From Eledone cirrhosa (taxonomy: Eukaryota): a DNA stretch of 64,000 bases. A program made the position numbers and the translations under genes. Below are positions 13,395 to 26,201 of this stretch, piece after piece. The stretch lies in NCBI GenBank assembly GCA_964016885.1, contig OZ024741.1:40610001-40674000 (forward strand). Reading direction: 5' to 3'. Numbering within the stretch: the first letter of the stretch is position 1; each line of letters starts with the position of its first letter. The notes beneath the pieces were generated by a model. The model searched no databases and was not told the DNA's origin. It saw nothing but the letters and a program-made list of their open reading frames with translations.

Positions 13395-16300
13395 GATTAA
13401 TGTTAAATTTAGGGTTAGTGTTAGGGTAAGTTTTATTGTTAATGGTAAGTTTATTGTTAGTGACTGTGTTACTGTTAGCATTGCTGTCACTGTTAGTGTA
13501 ACTCTTACAGTTACTGTTTGCGTTACTGTCTGCATCAGCATTAGCATTTGCATAAGCGTCTATGTAAGCTTTTGTGTTAGTGTCTATGTAGACTGGTGTT
13601 AGCATCTGCGTTAGTGTTTGCGTAAGTGTCAGCATCTATGTCAGCATTTGCGTCAGCGTCTGCATTGGTGATAGTGATTGTGTCAGCATTTCCCTTAGCG
13701 TCTGAGTCAACATTAGTGTTAGCATTAGTGTTTGTTTCAGTGCCTACGTCTACGTCAGCATTATCATTAGTGTCCGCGTCAGCTCTTGTGTCAGTGTCAG
13801 TGTCAGTGTCAGCATTTGCATCAGCATGCACGAGTCAGTGTTAACATCAGCGTTTTCATTTGTGTAGGGGTTTGCATTTGCGTCAGCATCTGCATCAGCA
13901 TTCACATTAGCGACAGCGTTTCCTTTAACGTCTTTGTCAGCATTTCCGTTAGCGTCTGTGTCAGTGTTTCCGACCGCGTCTGTGTCAGCGTCAGTATTTA
14001 CATCAGCGTCAGCGTTTCAGTTAACGTCAGCGTTTCCGTTAGCATCTGTGTCAGCGTTTCCGTTAACGTCTGTGTCAGCGTTTCCGTTAGCTTCTACGTC
14101 AGCGTTTCCGTAACGACTACGTCAGCGTTTTCCGTTAGCATTGGCGTTTCCATCAACCTTTCCTGTGGCGTCCGCATCAATGCAGCGTCTGCATATCCCA
14201 TGTAAGCGTTAACTTCAGCATTTGCGTCAGCGTTAGCGTTAGCCTTAGCCCTAGCGTCCACATCAGCATTTGCTTTAGCGTCAGCATACACGTCAGCGCC
14301 TGGCAATACTGCCTCAACATTTGCGTCAGCGTTAGCTTGGCTTTGGCTTCAGCAATCCGCATCAGCAATTGCGTTTTGGAGATCAGCTTCGGCGGTAAGG
14401 GTAAACGCTAATTTCTACGCCTGCTTCTACGTAACAACTACGTCAGTGTTTTGTTAGCTTCTACGTCAGCGTTTACGTTAGCTTCTACGTCAGCGTCAAC
14501 ATCTACGTCAGCGTTTACGTTAGCTTCTACATCAGCATCTACATTAGCTTCTACATCAGCGCTTACATTAGTATTCTGTGTTTGTGTTAGCTCTGTCAGC
14601 ATTTGTATTTACATCTACATCAGCGTCTGTGTCAGTGTTTACGTTAGCATCTGTGTTAACGTGTGTTAGCGTCTGTGTCAGCATTTTCATTAGTGTTTGC
14701 ATCAGTGTTTCCTTTAGCTTCTACGTCAATGTTTACGTCTGCGTTAAAGTTCACATTAGCATCGCTGTCAGCATTTGCGTTTGCTTTAACATCTGCATCA
14801 ACATTTGCGTCTGTGTTTGCATTAGTGTCTGCATCAGCATGAGCATTTGTGTCAGTGTCCATGTCAGCGTTAGAGTCTGTGTAGCATTTACATCAGCGTG
14901 TACGTCAGAGTCTTTGTCAGCATTCGCCTTTGCACCTGCATCAGTATTCACGTTAGTGTTTGTGTCAGCATAAGCGATTGTGTCAACATTTGCACTAGCG
15001 TTTGTGCCAGCATAGCCATCTTCGTCAGTGTCAGCTTTGGCGTTAGTGTTTCCATTAGTGTTCGTGTTTGATTTTGTATTAGTGTTAGCATTTTTGTTAG
15101 TGTTAGTGTTCAGGTTAATGTTGACTTAGTTTTCAGGTTAGGACTCGTGTTACTTTTAGTGTTAGTGGTTTATGGTAGTGTTAGTGTTCAGGTTAATGTC
15201 AGTTTTAGTGTTAGTGTTTTATTTTGTGTTAATGTTTGTGTTTCCATTAGTCTTTGTTTTTCTGTTAATGTTAGTGTTTGTTTTAGTGTTGAGGTTAATG
15301 TTCGCTTAGTATTCTGGTTAGTATCAGTTTTAGTGTTAGTTTTTATGGTAGTGTTAGTGTTCAGATCAGTGTTAGTGTTTGTGTTACTGTTTATGGTAGT
15401 TTTAGTGCTAGTGTTTAGGTTAATGTTAGTTTTAGTGTAAGTGTTCAGGTTAGTGTTAAGGTTAGTGTTTGTTTTTGTGTTAATATTTGTGTTAGTATCT
15501 CTGTTAGCATTAGTGTTTATGTTAGTGTTCAGGTTAATGTTAGCTTAGTTTTCAGGTTAGAGTTAGTGTTCAAGTTAATGTTAATGTTAATTTTAGTGTT
15601 AGTGTTGAGGTTAGTGTTAGAGATTGTGTTAGTGTTTGTTTTTGTGTTAATATTTGTGTTAGTATCTCTGTTAGCATTAGTGATTGATGTTTCCATTAGT
15701 GTTAGTGATTGTGTTAGCGTTAGTCTTTGTTTTAATGTTAGCATTAGTATTTCTGTTAGTGTTAGCATTAGTGTTTATGTTAGTGTTCAAGTTAATGTTA
15801 ATTTTAATGTTAGTGTTGAGGTTAGTGTTAGAGATTGTGTTAGTGTTTGTTTTTGTGTTAATATTTGTGTTAGTATCTCTGTTAGCATTAGTGATTGATG
15901 TTTCCATTAGTGTTAGTGATTGTGTTAGTGTTAGTCTTTGTTTTAATGTTAGCATTAGTATTTCTGTTAGTGTTAGCATTAGTGTTTATGTTAGTGTTCA
16001 AGTTAATGTTAATTTTAATGTTAGTGTTAGAGATTGTGTTAGTGTTTGTTTTTGTGTTAATATTTGTGTTAGTATCTCTGTTAGCATTAGTGATTGATGT
16101 TTCCATTAGTGTTAGTGATTGTGTTAGTGTTAGTCTTTGTTTTAATGTTAGCATTAGTATTTCTGTTAGTGTTAGCATTAGTGTTTATGTTAGTGTTCAA
16201 GTTAATGTTAATTTTAATGTTAGTGTTGAGGTTAGTGTTAGAGATTGTGTTAGTGTTTGTTTTTGTGTTAATATTTGTGTTAGTATCTCTGTTAGCATTA

Positions 16301-17320
16301 GTGATTGATGTTTCCATTAGTGTTAGTGATTGTGTTAGCGTTAGTCTTTGTTTTAATGTTAGCATTAGTATTTCTGTTAGTGTTAGCATTAGTGTTTATG
16401 TTAGTGTTCAGGTTAATGTTAGCTTAGTTTTCAGGTTAGAGTTAGTGTTCAAGTTAATGTTAATTTTAGTGTTAGTGTTGAGGTTAGTGTTAGAGATTGT
16501 GTTAGTGTTTGTTTTTGTGTTAATATTTGTGTTAGTATCTCTGTTAGCATTAGTGATTGATGTTTCCATTAGTGTTAGTGATTGTGTTAGCGTTAGTCTT
16601 TGTTTTAATGTTAGCATTAGTATTTCTGTTAGTGTTAGCATTAGTGTTTATGTTAGTGTTCAAGTTAATGTTAATTTTAATGTTAGTGTTGAGGTTAGTG
16701 TTAGAGATTGTGTTAGTGTTTGTTTTTGTGTTAATATTTGTGTTAGTATCTCTGTTAGCATTAGTGATTGATGTTTCCATTAGTGTTAGTGATTGTGTTA
16801 GCGTTAGTCTTTGTTTTAATGTTAGCATTAGTATTTCTGTTAGTGTTAGCATTAGTGTTTATGTTAGTGTTCAGGTTAATGTTAGCTTAGTTTTCAGGTT
16901 AGAGTTAGTGTTCAAGTTAATGTTAATTTTAGTGTTAGTGTTGAGGTTAGTGTTAGAGATTGTGTTAGTGTTTGTTTTTGTGTTAATATTTGTGTTAGTA
17001 TCTCTGTTAGCATTAGTGATTGATGTTTCCATTAGTGTTAGTGATTGTGTTAGCGTTAGTCTTTGTTTTAATGTTAGCATTAGTATTTCTGTTAGTGTTA
17101 GCATTAGTGTTTATGTTAGTGTTCAAGTTAATGTTAATTTTAATGTTAGTGTTGAGGTTAGTGTTAGAGATTGTGTTAGTGTTTGTGTTAGTGTTAGTTT
17201 TCATGTTAGCGCTAAGTTCACTGTTAGAGCATGTGTGAGTGCAAGTGTTAGAGCATGTGTGAGTGCAAGTGTTAGGGTAAGTGTTATTTTTAAAGTTCGG
17301 TTTTAGCTTAAAGTTAGGTT
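13395..17320. repeat. Degenerate telomere-like hexamer tract, copy 2 (complete, ~3.9 kb)
   Basis: Starts 'tttagggttagtgttagggtaag'. Contains more ~211-bp higher-order units (15560-17180) than copy 1. Confidence 0.9.
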
Positions 17321-17639
17321 TTCTACATTCCAGGAAAAAAGTTGATCCTCTCTAACTTGAGTGGTGTGATATAGTGTGGTAAAGTATAGTGTTTCATAGT
17401 CTTCTGTGGTGTTGTCTATTGTTGTATAGTGTAGTATGGTATATTGTTTCATAGCATGGTCTGATGTGAGGTCGTACAGTGTTTCGTAGTGTGGTGTTGG
17501 ATAATGTGGTATGGTATAATGTTTGTCAGTATGGTGTGGTATGGTCTAGGTTGATGTAGTGTGGCTTAGTTTGATTATAATAATACAAATAATAATAACA
17601 ATAATAATAGTAATAATAATTGTTCTTGTTCATTTTCTT

Positions 17640-17912
17640 TGTCTTCTTCTGTGCCTTTGACTGCTTCTGTGCCTTTGACTGCTTCTGTGCCTTTGACTGC
17701 TTCTGTGCCTTTGACTGCTTCTGTGCCTTTGACTTCTTCTGTGCCTTTGACTTCTTCTGTGCCTTTGACTTCTTCTGTGCCTTTGACTTCTTCTGTGCCT
17801 TTGACTTCTTCTGTGCCTTTGACTTCTTCTGTGCCTTTGACTTCTTCTGTGCCTTTGACTTCTTCTGTGCCTTTGACTTCTTCTGTGCCTTTGACTTCTT
17901 CTGTGCCTTTAT
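17640..17912. repeat. 18-bp minisatellite, ~15 units (paralog of 4020-4220)
   Basis: Same unit; the ORF is 24 aa (4 units) longer than in copy 1. Confidence 0.95.
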
Positions 17913-18987
17913 CTTCTCCTCTGCCATCTAAATACCAAAAACAAAGAATGTAAAACATATATGTTGCCTGTCTCTCAGACTTTACAAAATGCTGAGGAGA
18001 TAAAATTAATTTAAAGAGCAGTGTGCTCATTCAGTGATCCTATAATGTAGCTTATAAGCTATTTCATAACTAAAAAACAATGTCAAACATCAACAAAAGT
18101 ATATACAAATATCTTTGAATGTTTAAGTTAAACCTAAATAGATCGTATCTACAGGTCATTAGGTTAAGACTGAACTAAGATCATATCTATAAATCATTAG
18201 GTTTAGACTGAACTGAGATCATACTTTCTTCTTTTCGTCATCTTCGTTTCCCGTGTTTTTGTCTTTGTTGTCATCTTCATTTTAGTCGTCTGCTTCGTCG
18301 TCTTTTTCTTCTTTTCCATCTAAATATAAAAAAAAATTGTAAACAAATATATAGCTGATCTCTCAGACTTTCACGAAACACCGAGGAGATACAGTTAATA
18401 TAACGAGTGGGGAGCTCATATATATATATGGTATAGCATGGTGTTATGTGGTCTGGTGTGGTACAACATGGTGTGATGTGGTGTGGTATGATATGGTGAG
18501 GCGGGGGGGGGGGGACGACACAACATTAGATTAATGTTAACAATACACATGTAGCATCCACATGTGATGAGATGGGGGAAACAGTGTTTAACTAATTTTA
18601 ACATTACATGTAGCATCCATCTACAGGTGATTAAGTTAAGACTGAGGTGTAATCATATGAAAAGGTCAATTTAAAACTACACTGAGATTCTGCTTAAAAT
18701 GATGGTCAATGAAGTGTTTACTTACTCAGATCCTTTGAAATAACTTTCTTTCTCTTACTGTAACTGGACATACCTACGAAATAGAAAACAGTCGAAGAGA
18801 CAGTGGTGTGGTGTAGTGTGGTGTGGTTTAGTGTAGTGGACAGTGGTGTGGTGTAGTGTAGAAATGTGGCGTGGCGTGATGAAATGTGATGTGATGTGAT
18901 GAAATGTGGCGTGGCGTGGTGAAATGTTATGTGATGAAATGTGGCGTGGCGTGGTGAAATGAGGCGAGACGAGGTGTGATGTGATGT

Positions 18988-20105
18988 GAAATTTTTTCAT
19001 CCTATTTTTCATGTGCTATCAACTAATCCAATCTCCAAGATGCTTGAAACTGACTTTTCCCCCCCCCAGGAAAACGGCGGGGTGAGGTAGTTCCCCCTTC
19101 ACCCGGATAACCCCTGCTTACTCGGAATTTTCTCTGATTCTATTTTCATGCGTTATCAGTGAATATGACTTCCAAACCAGTCAAAAACAACTAGCTTTGG
19201 AGAAAGAGGAGAGGGAGAGGGGAAGAGTTTTGCAGATCTACACCCCACTCACATGTTGTGGGACTTAATCATTTTCGGTATATTTCCTGTGCTATTAATT
19301 TCCTGTGCTATTTCCTATGCTATTTCCTATGCTAATTCCTATACTAATTCCTATGCTATTTCTTGTGCTATTAATTAATCTGACCTCCTAGATGCTTCCA
19401 ATCAACTTATTTCCCTGGGTTAGGTTTAGGGTTTAGGGTTGGGTTAAAGTTTAGGGTTTAGTTTTACGGTTGGGATAATGTTTAGGGTTGGGATAATGTT
19501 TAGGGTCTAGTTTTAGGTTTGGGGTAAAGTTTAGGATTTAGTTTTAGGTTTGAGGTAAAGTTTAGGGTTGGGGTAAAGTTTAGGGTCTAGTTTTAGGGTT
19601 GGGGTAAAGTTTAGGGTTGGGGTAATGTTTAGGGTTTAGTTTTATGGTTGGGGTATAGTTTAGGATTTAGTTTAAGGGTTGGGGTAATGTTTATATTTAG
19701 ATTTAGCTTGGTTTGGTTTAGATTTAGAGTTTGGGTTGGGGCTAGATTTAATTTTATGTTTAATTTAGTTTTAGTTTCCAAATCCCAGAAAAAAAAAATT
19801 GATTCAGAGCAACTAAAAGGTCAGATTAGTTGATAGCACTCAAAAGGAGACCGAAGAAAAATCATTAGGGTATATATCTACAAAACGACAATGGTTTTTC
19901 CACCTGCTTTACCCCTCCTTTTTTCCTAGAACAACTAATCATTTCCAACTGGTTTGGAGGTCATATTCGTTGATAACATGAGAAAACTCTGGGGTTAAAT
20001 GAGAGAAGTGCATCCACCTAAGTTTTCCATGAAGAGAAAGTCAATAACAAACATCTTGGAGTTCGGATTAGTTGATAACACATGAAAAAAGATGAGGAAA
20101 AAAAT
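18988..20105. mobile_element. Foldback element, copy 2, with a longer telomere-like core
   Basis: Paralog of 5355-6295; core 19415-19745. Confidence 0.65.
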
Positions 20106-20519
20106 GTTTAGTGTTATGTTGTGTGTTGTGGTGTGTTTTTATGTGGAGTGTAGTAGTGAGTAGTGGTGTGTTGTAGTGTTATGTGGTGTGGTGTAGTGTT
20201 GTATGTTTTTATGGGGTGTGGTGTGGTGCAGTGTGGTGTTGTGCAGTGCGGTGTTGTGCAGTGAGGTTCTTCATCTTTATCTTTCTCTTCATCTTTGTAT
20301 TCATCATCTTTGTATTCATCTTCTTTGTTTTGTCTTCCATCTAAACAAAAAAAATATATATAAAACATATGTAGACAATCTCTCAGACTCTTACAAAGCT
20401 CCAGGGAGATAAATTTAATATAAGTGGTGTGTTACTGAACAGAGATACGACAAAATAGCTTAAACTATATATATATATATATATATAAATAAATATACAC
20501 GGGTGTGTATGATTATGTA

Positions 20520-21243
20520 TATAAGATTATATTAATAAAAGGAATTCCAACTTTGTCTGATTTACTCGTTTTATTTACAATCCTTTAAAATTATAATGGT
20601 ATTAGAATGAAATAGTATGGTAGAATATTAAGTGTTAAGTGTTATTTGAACAAGTAATTTCATGCTTTCGCAATCTTCAGGTTCATATTCTGTGGTGACA
20701 GTCAAGTTTACAATTTTCAACTGTAATGAGGGGTAAATTTTGTGCCTTATATACAGTGAAAAGCTGCTACAAAATGCTAATCACTGGATTACTGAAGCTG
20801 ATTGGTTTAGGCATCACGGTTGGTTGGGCATGTCTTACGACTTCTATTTGGCCCTATTCAAAGCATCAATTGTTTTGCTATTTTTAGAAATGATGAAAAT
20901 AGCATTTTCTAGGGTTTTTATACCCCTAAGAATTATTATTGTTCATTTAGCTTGGGTTGGAATTTTGAAAAATATTCCCAAATGCAAATATGAACTGCAA
21001 AAGCAGAAATTACTGCATTAAATGCCCAAATTGTGAAGAACTATATGTCGGTCAAACTGGAAATGCACTATCGGAACGTGCACGGGTGCACCGACATCAA
21101 ATCAGAGACCCAAATGTCCGTCAGATACCCCTGAGTAACCATCTAGCAACATGTGGTCAGAAAATATTTATATTTCCATTCTACAAATTACACAGGCCAA
21201 GTGAAATCAAGAGAAAAATCAAAGAAAAGAATTTTATTGATAC
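20520..21243 (-). mobile_element. 5'-truncated, 5'-inverted Penelope-like element remnant (GIY-YIG fragment plus 3' UTR)
   Basis: + strand 20990-21243 encodes CIKCPNCEELYVGQTG..ERARVH..NFID (GIY-YIG endonuclease). The - strand from ~20968 continues KFQPKLNEQ*. Degenerate hammerhead CTGAAGA..GAAA at ~20645-20685; (TA)n on both sides. Confidence 0.75.
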
Positions 21244-22143
21244 ATGCATATATATATACATATACAATATGTATAGGATTCCTTTCCCTTTGAGCACATA
21301 ATTTACAGGGAATAACGCGACTCTATGGCTCCGTTAATTTATCTTCATATATATATATACATACACACACACATGCATACACACATATATACATACACAC
21401 ATATATATACATACACACATATATAGATATTCCCAATTTGTAGAAAACAATGAAACGATCGTTTGGAAAGAGAGATGTATTTTAATTATGTCTCATAAAA
21501 TAATACAACTGGCTATCCGCAAAATACGTGTAGTTAGCACCCCAAACGTATAATTGGGATTATACTAAGGTATATCCCAATGTTTGTTGAGTGAGACGGA
21601 AGCCGGTCGGAGTATTGCTTAAAGCTTTCTCTGTTAATGTATTAAATATTATACTCTTGATTTGGCCAGGGATGAATATTTCCAGATACTTTTTAGGTAT
21701 GACTTTCCGTATTTATCCTTTGTATGAAATATTGATTGTTCTTCCGGTATCTTATCTCTGTTTTTTAGCCTAAGAAAATACCTATATGCGTGTATAAATA
21801 ATACATGCATATATATATATTTTTTTTTATCCAATTGAGTTCTTCACGCATGGTTAAAATTATTGAAAGAATTAATTGACCCGCGTGCATATTATTTTAT
21901 GTTTTGCGATGATCTCCCCTTTCCGCTTGATGGCAGTGTGAGATTTCTCATTGAGAGACTGCTGGAATTTCAAATTTGGCGGTCATTCTAGCACGGAGGG
22001 GTACCATCGCTGAACATTAATATCGGTAAGGTTTTTTTTATATCGATATTTGTCGGGCATCCACTGATGATTTATAAGTGCCCACCTACATATATTCCTA
22101 CGGACTATGTGTAGGCTTCTACATAACCAGGACATTATTTTCC

Positions 22144-22314
22144 TGTTATGAAGTTCATCTGTCCTCAATATAACTTTGTTTTATTGCATATCTTTCTTTT
22201 CTTACAAATATTATTGTTATATTTCTTCAAGACTAATTACTGTTTTTATATTCTAGATATTGAATAAAAGCTTGGAATTGGAGCTTTAGTTTTGCAATAT
22301 TAGAACGCACAACA
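22144..22314 (+). repeat. 5' LTR
   Basis: tgttatgaag...acgcacaaca, contains AATAAA. Confidence 0.95.
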
Positions 22315-22426
22315 ATTTTATTCAATATGATATTTGTTACAACTGTTTCGTTCCGAGACTAGACGTTTTGTGGTATTCGTTTCCACCCATACTCTACCTT
22401 CAAAGCTTGCTACATTCTCAATACCA

Positions 22427-25400
22427 ATGGCTCAATTAAAAATTCCACATCCAACATTCCCAAATGACCCCACATCCGAGCAATGGCGATGTTTTGTGGA
22501 TTCCCTACTCATAAACGGTATAGTAGAGGACAACCATAAATTGACCTACCTTCGTTCACAAGCTGGGGCCGACCTATTTAGTTTACTCGAATCTGCAGAA
22601 AACTTCAACGAAGCACTAATCACCCTGGATACTCAATTCTTAGCCCCCAGTCGTATACTCTATGCCAGACATCAACTCCTAACATGCCGCCAAAAGCAAG
22701 AAGAAACCGTCCGAGAGTTTATTAAAAGACTCAACCTTTTAGTGGAAAAATGTAACTGTAAAGCCATCACAGCTAAAGACCACAGAGATATGTTGATCCT
22801 GGATTCACTAGTAGCAGGAGTCCAATCAGACGCTATACGAGCATGTCTCCTAGAGCTGGACGATACTCAAGCAAACCTAAAAGACTGCATAGCAATGGAA
22901 AATGCAATAGAACTATCCAGTGATTTTACTAAATCATTCAACCTAGACGTCTCTCTGAATTCATCAACACTGTCAACTACATCCTCTCAAGAACCTACCG
23001 TAGCAGCTACAAAATCAAAACAACCTCTTCTGAAATACTTGAAAAATGCTAATTCCCAAAGTGAATTTAAATGCTTTTTTTGTGGACTTTCTAGGCATCC
23101 TAGAAATAAATGCCCAGCTAGAAAAGACATATGCTATTCTTGTGGGAAGATCGGCCACTGGCAATCAGTCTGTAAATCTGACTGCCAAAGCAGTAAGCAA
23201 GCAGCCTCACTTATATGTTCATTAAATACCGGCAAACAGTCTAAAGCTATTCTCTGCCCGATAACTATAAAAGACACCACACTAAAGGCCTTAATCGATC
23301 CTGGTTCCACAGATTCGTTTATACGTCATAGCATAGCAACTGAATTAAACTTGAGCGTAAAACAAGAAAAACGGACAATCACACTAGCCGACAATAAAAT
23401 ATTAATGACGACTGGTACTACATCCATACCAATATGTATCTACAGCGAGGAATACTCTGTGAACCTAATCACTGCAAAGTCTTGTGGCAGACGTCATTAT
23501 CGGAATGTATGTCCTCACCCAGCATAGCTCTATTATTCTCCACCTTGGCGGTGCCCGGCGTCCCATGAAATTTTCAAATCAACTATGCTGTACCTTTCCG
23601 ACAATAGAAGTTAATCCGCCTCTTGTCTTCCACGATTTAGCTGAGACAAATATCAAGCCGATTGCCACTAAGGGACGTTTCATTAACAAGAGACGACAAT
23701 TTTATTAAGTCCGAAATAACTCGCCTCCTAGAAGCCGGTATCATTGAGGAATCAATTTCACCTTGGCGAGCTCAGTGCTTCATAGTACACGGAAAGAAAC
23801 CTCGACTCGTGGTAGACTACTCCCAGACAATTAATAAGTATACACAATTGGATGAGTATCCATCCCCCGACATTGAGGATGTTGTTAACAAAGTGGCACA
23901 GGATAAATATTTTTCAGAATTCGACCTCAAATCAGCGTATCACCAAGTACCTTTAAGAAAAATCGACAAACCTCTAACTGCATTTCAGGCTAATCACAAA
24001 CTCTACCAATTCTGCCGTTTACCCTTCGGCGTGACTAACGCTGTACCTGTTTTTCAGAGAATTATGGATCAAGTTATAGAGAAATATAACTTACTCAAAA
24101 CCTATGCCTATATTGACAACGTCATAGTCACGGGAAATACCAAAGCTGAATATGATAGAAATGTGGAAGCATTCTTAAACGCCGTGAAGACAGAAAACCT
24201 AACTCTCAACTCGGATAAGAGTAAAATCTGCCAAACGAGTATATCTATACTAGGTTATAACATTCAGAACGGAGTAAAGAAACCCGATAAGGAACGCATC
24301 AAAACCCTACTAGACTACCCAATCCCAACAAACAAACAACAACTGAAACGATTCCTTGGATTCCTAGCCTATAATGCTAGGTGGATTGCCGATTACTCGA
24401 AGAAAATCCAACCACTATTACAAGCTGACTCGTTCCCGCTGAATAAAGTAGCTACAGATGTAATACAAGCCATGAAAGCAGATATCTCTAATGCCGCTCT
24501 TAGCATTCCTCTTAAAACTGGCCATGCATTGGTAATAGAAACAGAAGCGTCAGGCGATTCAATCGGAGCTATACTTTCTCAAAACGAACGGCCCGTGGCC
24601 TTCCTGTCGAGAACACTTACATCGTCGGAGAAAAGGCAATCAACTGTGGAGCGAGAAGCTATGGCTATTATTGAAGCTGTACGGAGATGGTCGCAATACG
24701 TGAAGTGTTTTCATACGATTATACGGACTGACCAAAAATCAGTAGCCTTCATTTTCTCGAGTAATAAATCACGAATCAAAAATGATAAAATATCTCGCTG
24801 GCGTTTAGAACTATCAGAGCATCAATTTGACATTGACTACAAACCCGGCTACCTCAACACCCAAGCCGATTGTCTTTCATGAATCGCTGCAGCTATATCG
24901 CCACCCTGTGATTTAAAAGTACTCCACGACCAACTAGCACACCCAGGAGTAACTAGATTTTACGATTATATCCGACGCCATAACCTGCCCTTTTCCGTAG
25001 ACGAAATCCGCGACGTCGTCAAAAACTGCGTATGATGTTTGGAGTGCAAGCCAAAATTCTTCAAGCCTCCATCTGCTAAACTCATTAAGTCAACAAGGCC
25101 GTTTGAACGTCTGTCAATCGATATTGTTGGACCAAAACCAAAATCTTCAAAAGCAGGAAACATACTTATTGACTGCAGTAGACGAATTCAGCAGATTCCC
25201 TTTTGCTTTCGGTATGCGTGACATCACCTCAAACACTGTCATTAACTGTCTCAAACAAATCTTCTCAATATTCGGAGCACCCTCATTCATACACTCCGAT
25301 CGAGGAACTCAGTTTCTCTCCAAAGAATTCGATCATTTCTGCTTGTCCAATGGTATATCCCACACGCGCACTTCGCCGTACCATCCACAAGGAAATGGCC

Positions 25401-26002
25401 AAAACGAGCGCTACAACGGAGTCCTCTGAAAAGGAATTCAATGCATAGTTAACTCGCGCAAACTTAAAGAAACTAAGTGGGAATATATCATACCAGAAGT
25501 TCTTGCCTCGCAACGATCACTTCTCTGTGCAGCGACTAATGAGACACCCCATAACCGCATATTTAGATTCGATCGAAAGGGTTCCTTAGGATTTTCCCTA
25601 CCAGATTGACTTAGAGTTGGAAACGACGCCTATATTAGAAACTTTATTCGTACAAAGAACGACCCATTAGTGAATAAAGTTATTATCGAACAGATGGTGA
25701 ATGCTAATTTCGCGGTTGTCAGATATCAAAATGGAAGATCTAGTACAGTCTCAACAGCAGACTTCTCCCCTGGCCTAATTAATCGTCAAAATAATGACAA
25801 TCAATCCATCCAAGAAAACAGTTCGATTAGCAGTCCTGCTGATATGCCGAGACCACTTAACATCGACCACAGTCACGATCTACTCTTAGATGAAACCGTG
25901 ATTGATTTAAATCCCGTGGCAAATAGCACTAGCATCCTACCGCAAGTTCCTGTTGACCCCGTGAGACGAAGCAATCGTATACGCGTAGCCCCCAAGCGTT
26001 AA
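22427..26002 (+). pseudogene. Gypsy gag-pol polyprotein, disrupted by frameshifts and stops
   Basis: Gag zinc knuckles CFFC..H..C / CYSCGKIGHWQSVC; protease LIDPGS; RT FDLKSAYHQ, LPFGVTNA, YIDN; RNase H ETEAS, EREAMA, TDQK; integrase HPG..C..C, IHSDRGTQF, GNGQNER. Frameshifts near 23480, 23690 and 25160; premature TGA at 24880, ~25033, 25427 and ~25607. Confidence 0.92.
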
Positions 26003-26030
26003 ATTGAAGAACAATAAAATCGGCGAAGAA

Positions 26031-26201
26031 TGTTATGAAGTTCATCTATCCTCAATATAACTTTGTTTTATTGCATATCTTTCTTTTCTTACAAATATTA
26101 TTGTTATATTTCTTAAAGAATAATTACTGTTTTTATATTCTAGATATTGAATAAAAGCTTGGAATTGGAGCTTTAGTTTTGCAATATTAGAACGCACAAC
26201 A
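26031..26201 (+). repeat. 3' LTR
   Basis: Matches the 5' LTR at 168/171 positions. Confidence 0.95.

Larger units (their letters stand above)
13479..20105. repeat. Segmental duplication, copy 2
   Basis: Same order as 1-6295: hexamer tract, minisatellite, exon-like cassettes, foldback. Confidence 0.93.
22144..26201 (+). mobile_element. Full-length Ty3/Gypsy LTR retrotransposon (decayed)
   Basis: TG...CA LTRs at 22144-22314 and 26031-26201 (171 bp, 3 mismatches); TSD TTTCC (22139-22143 / 26202-26206); purine-rich PPT before the 3' LTR; domain order gag-PR-RT-RH-IN. Confidence 0.97.
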
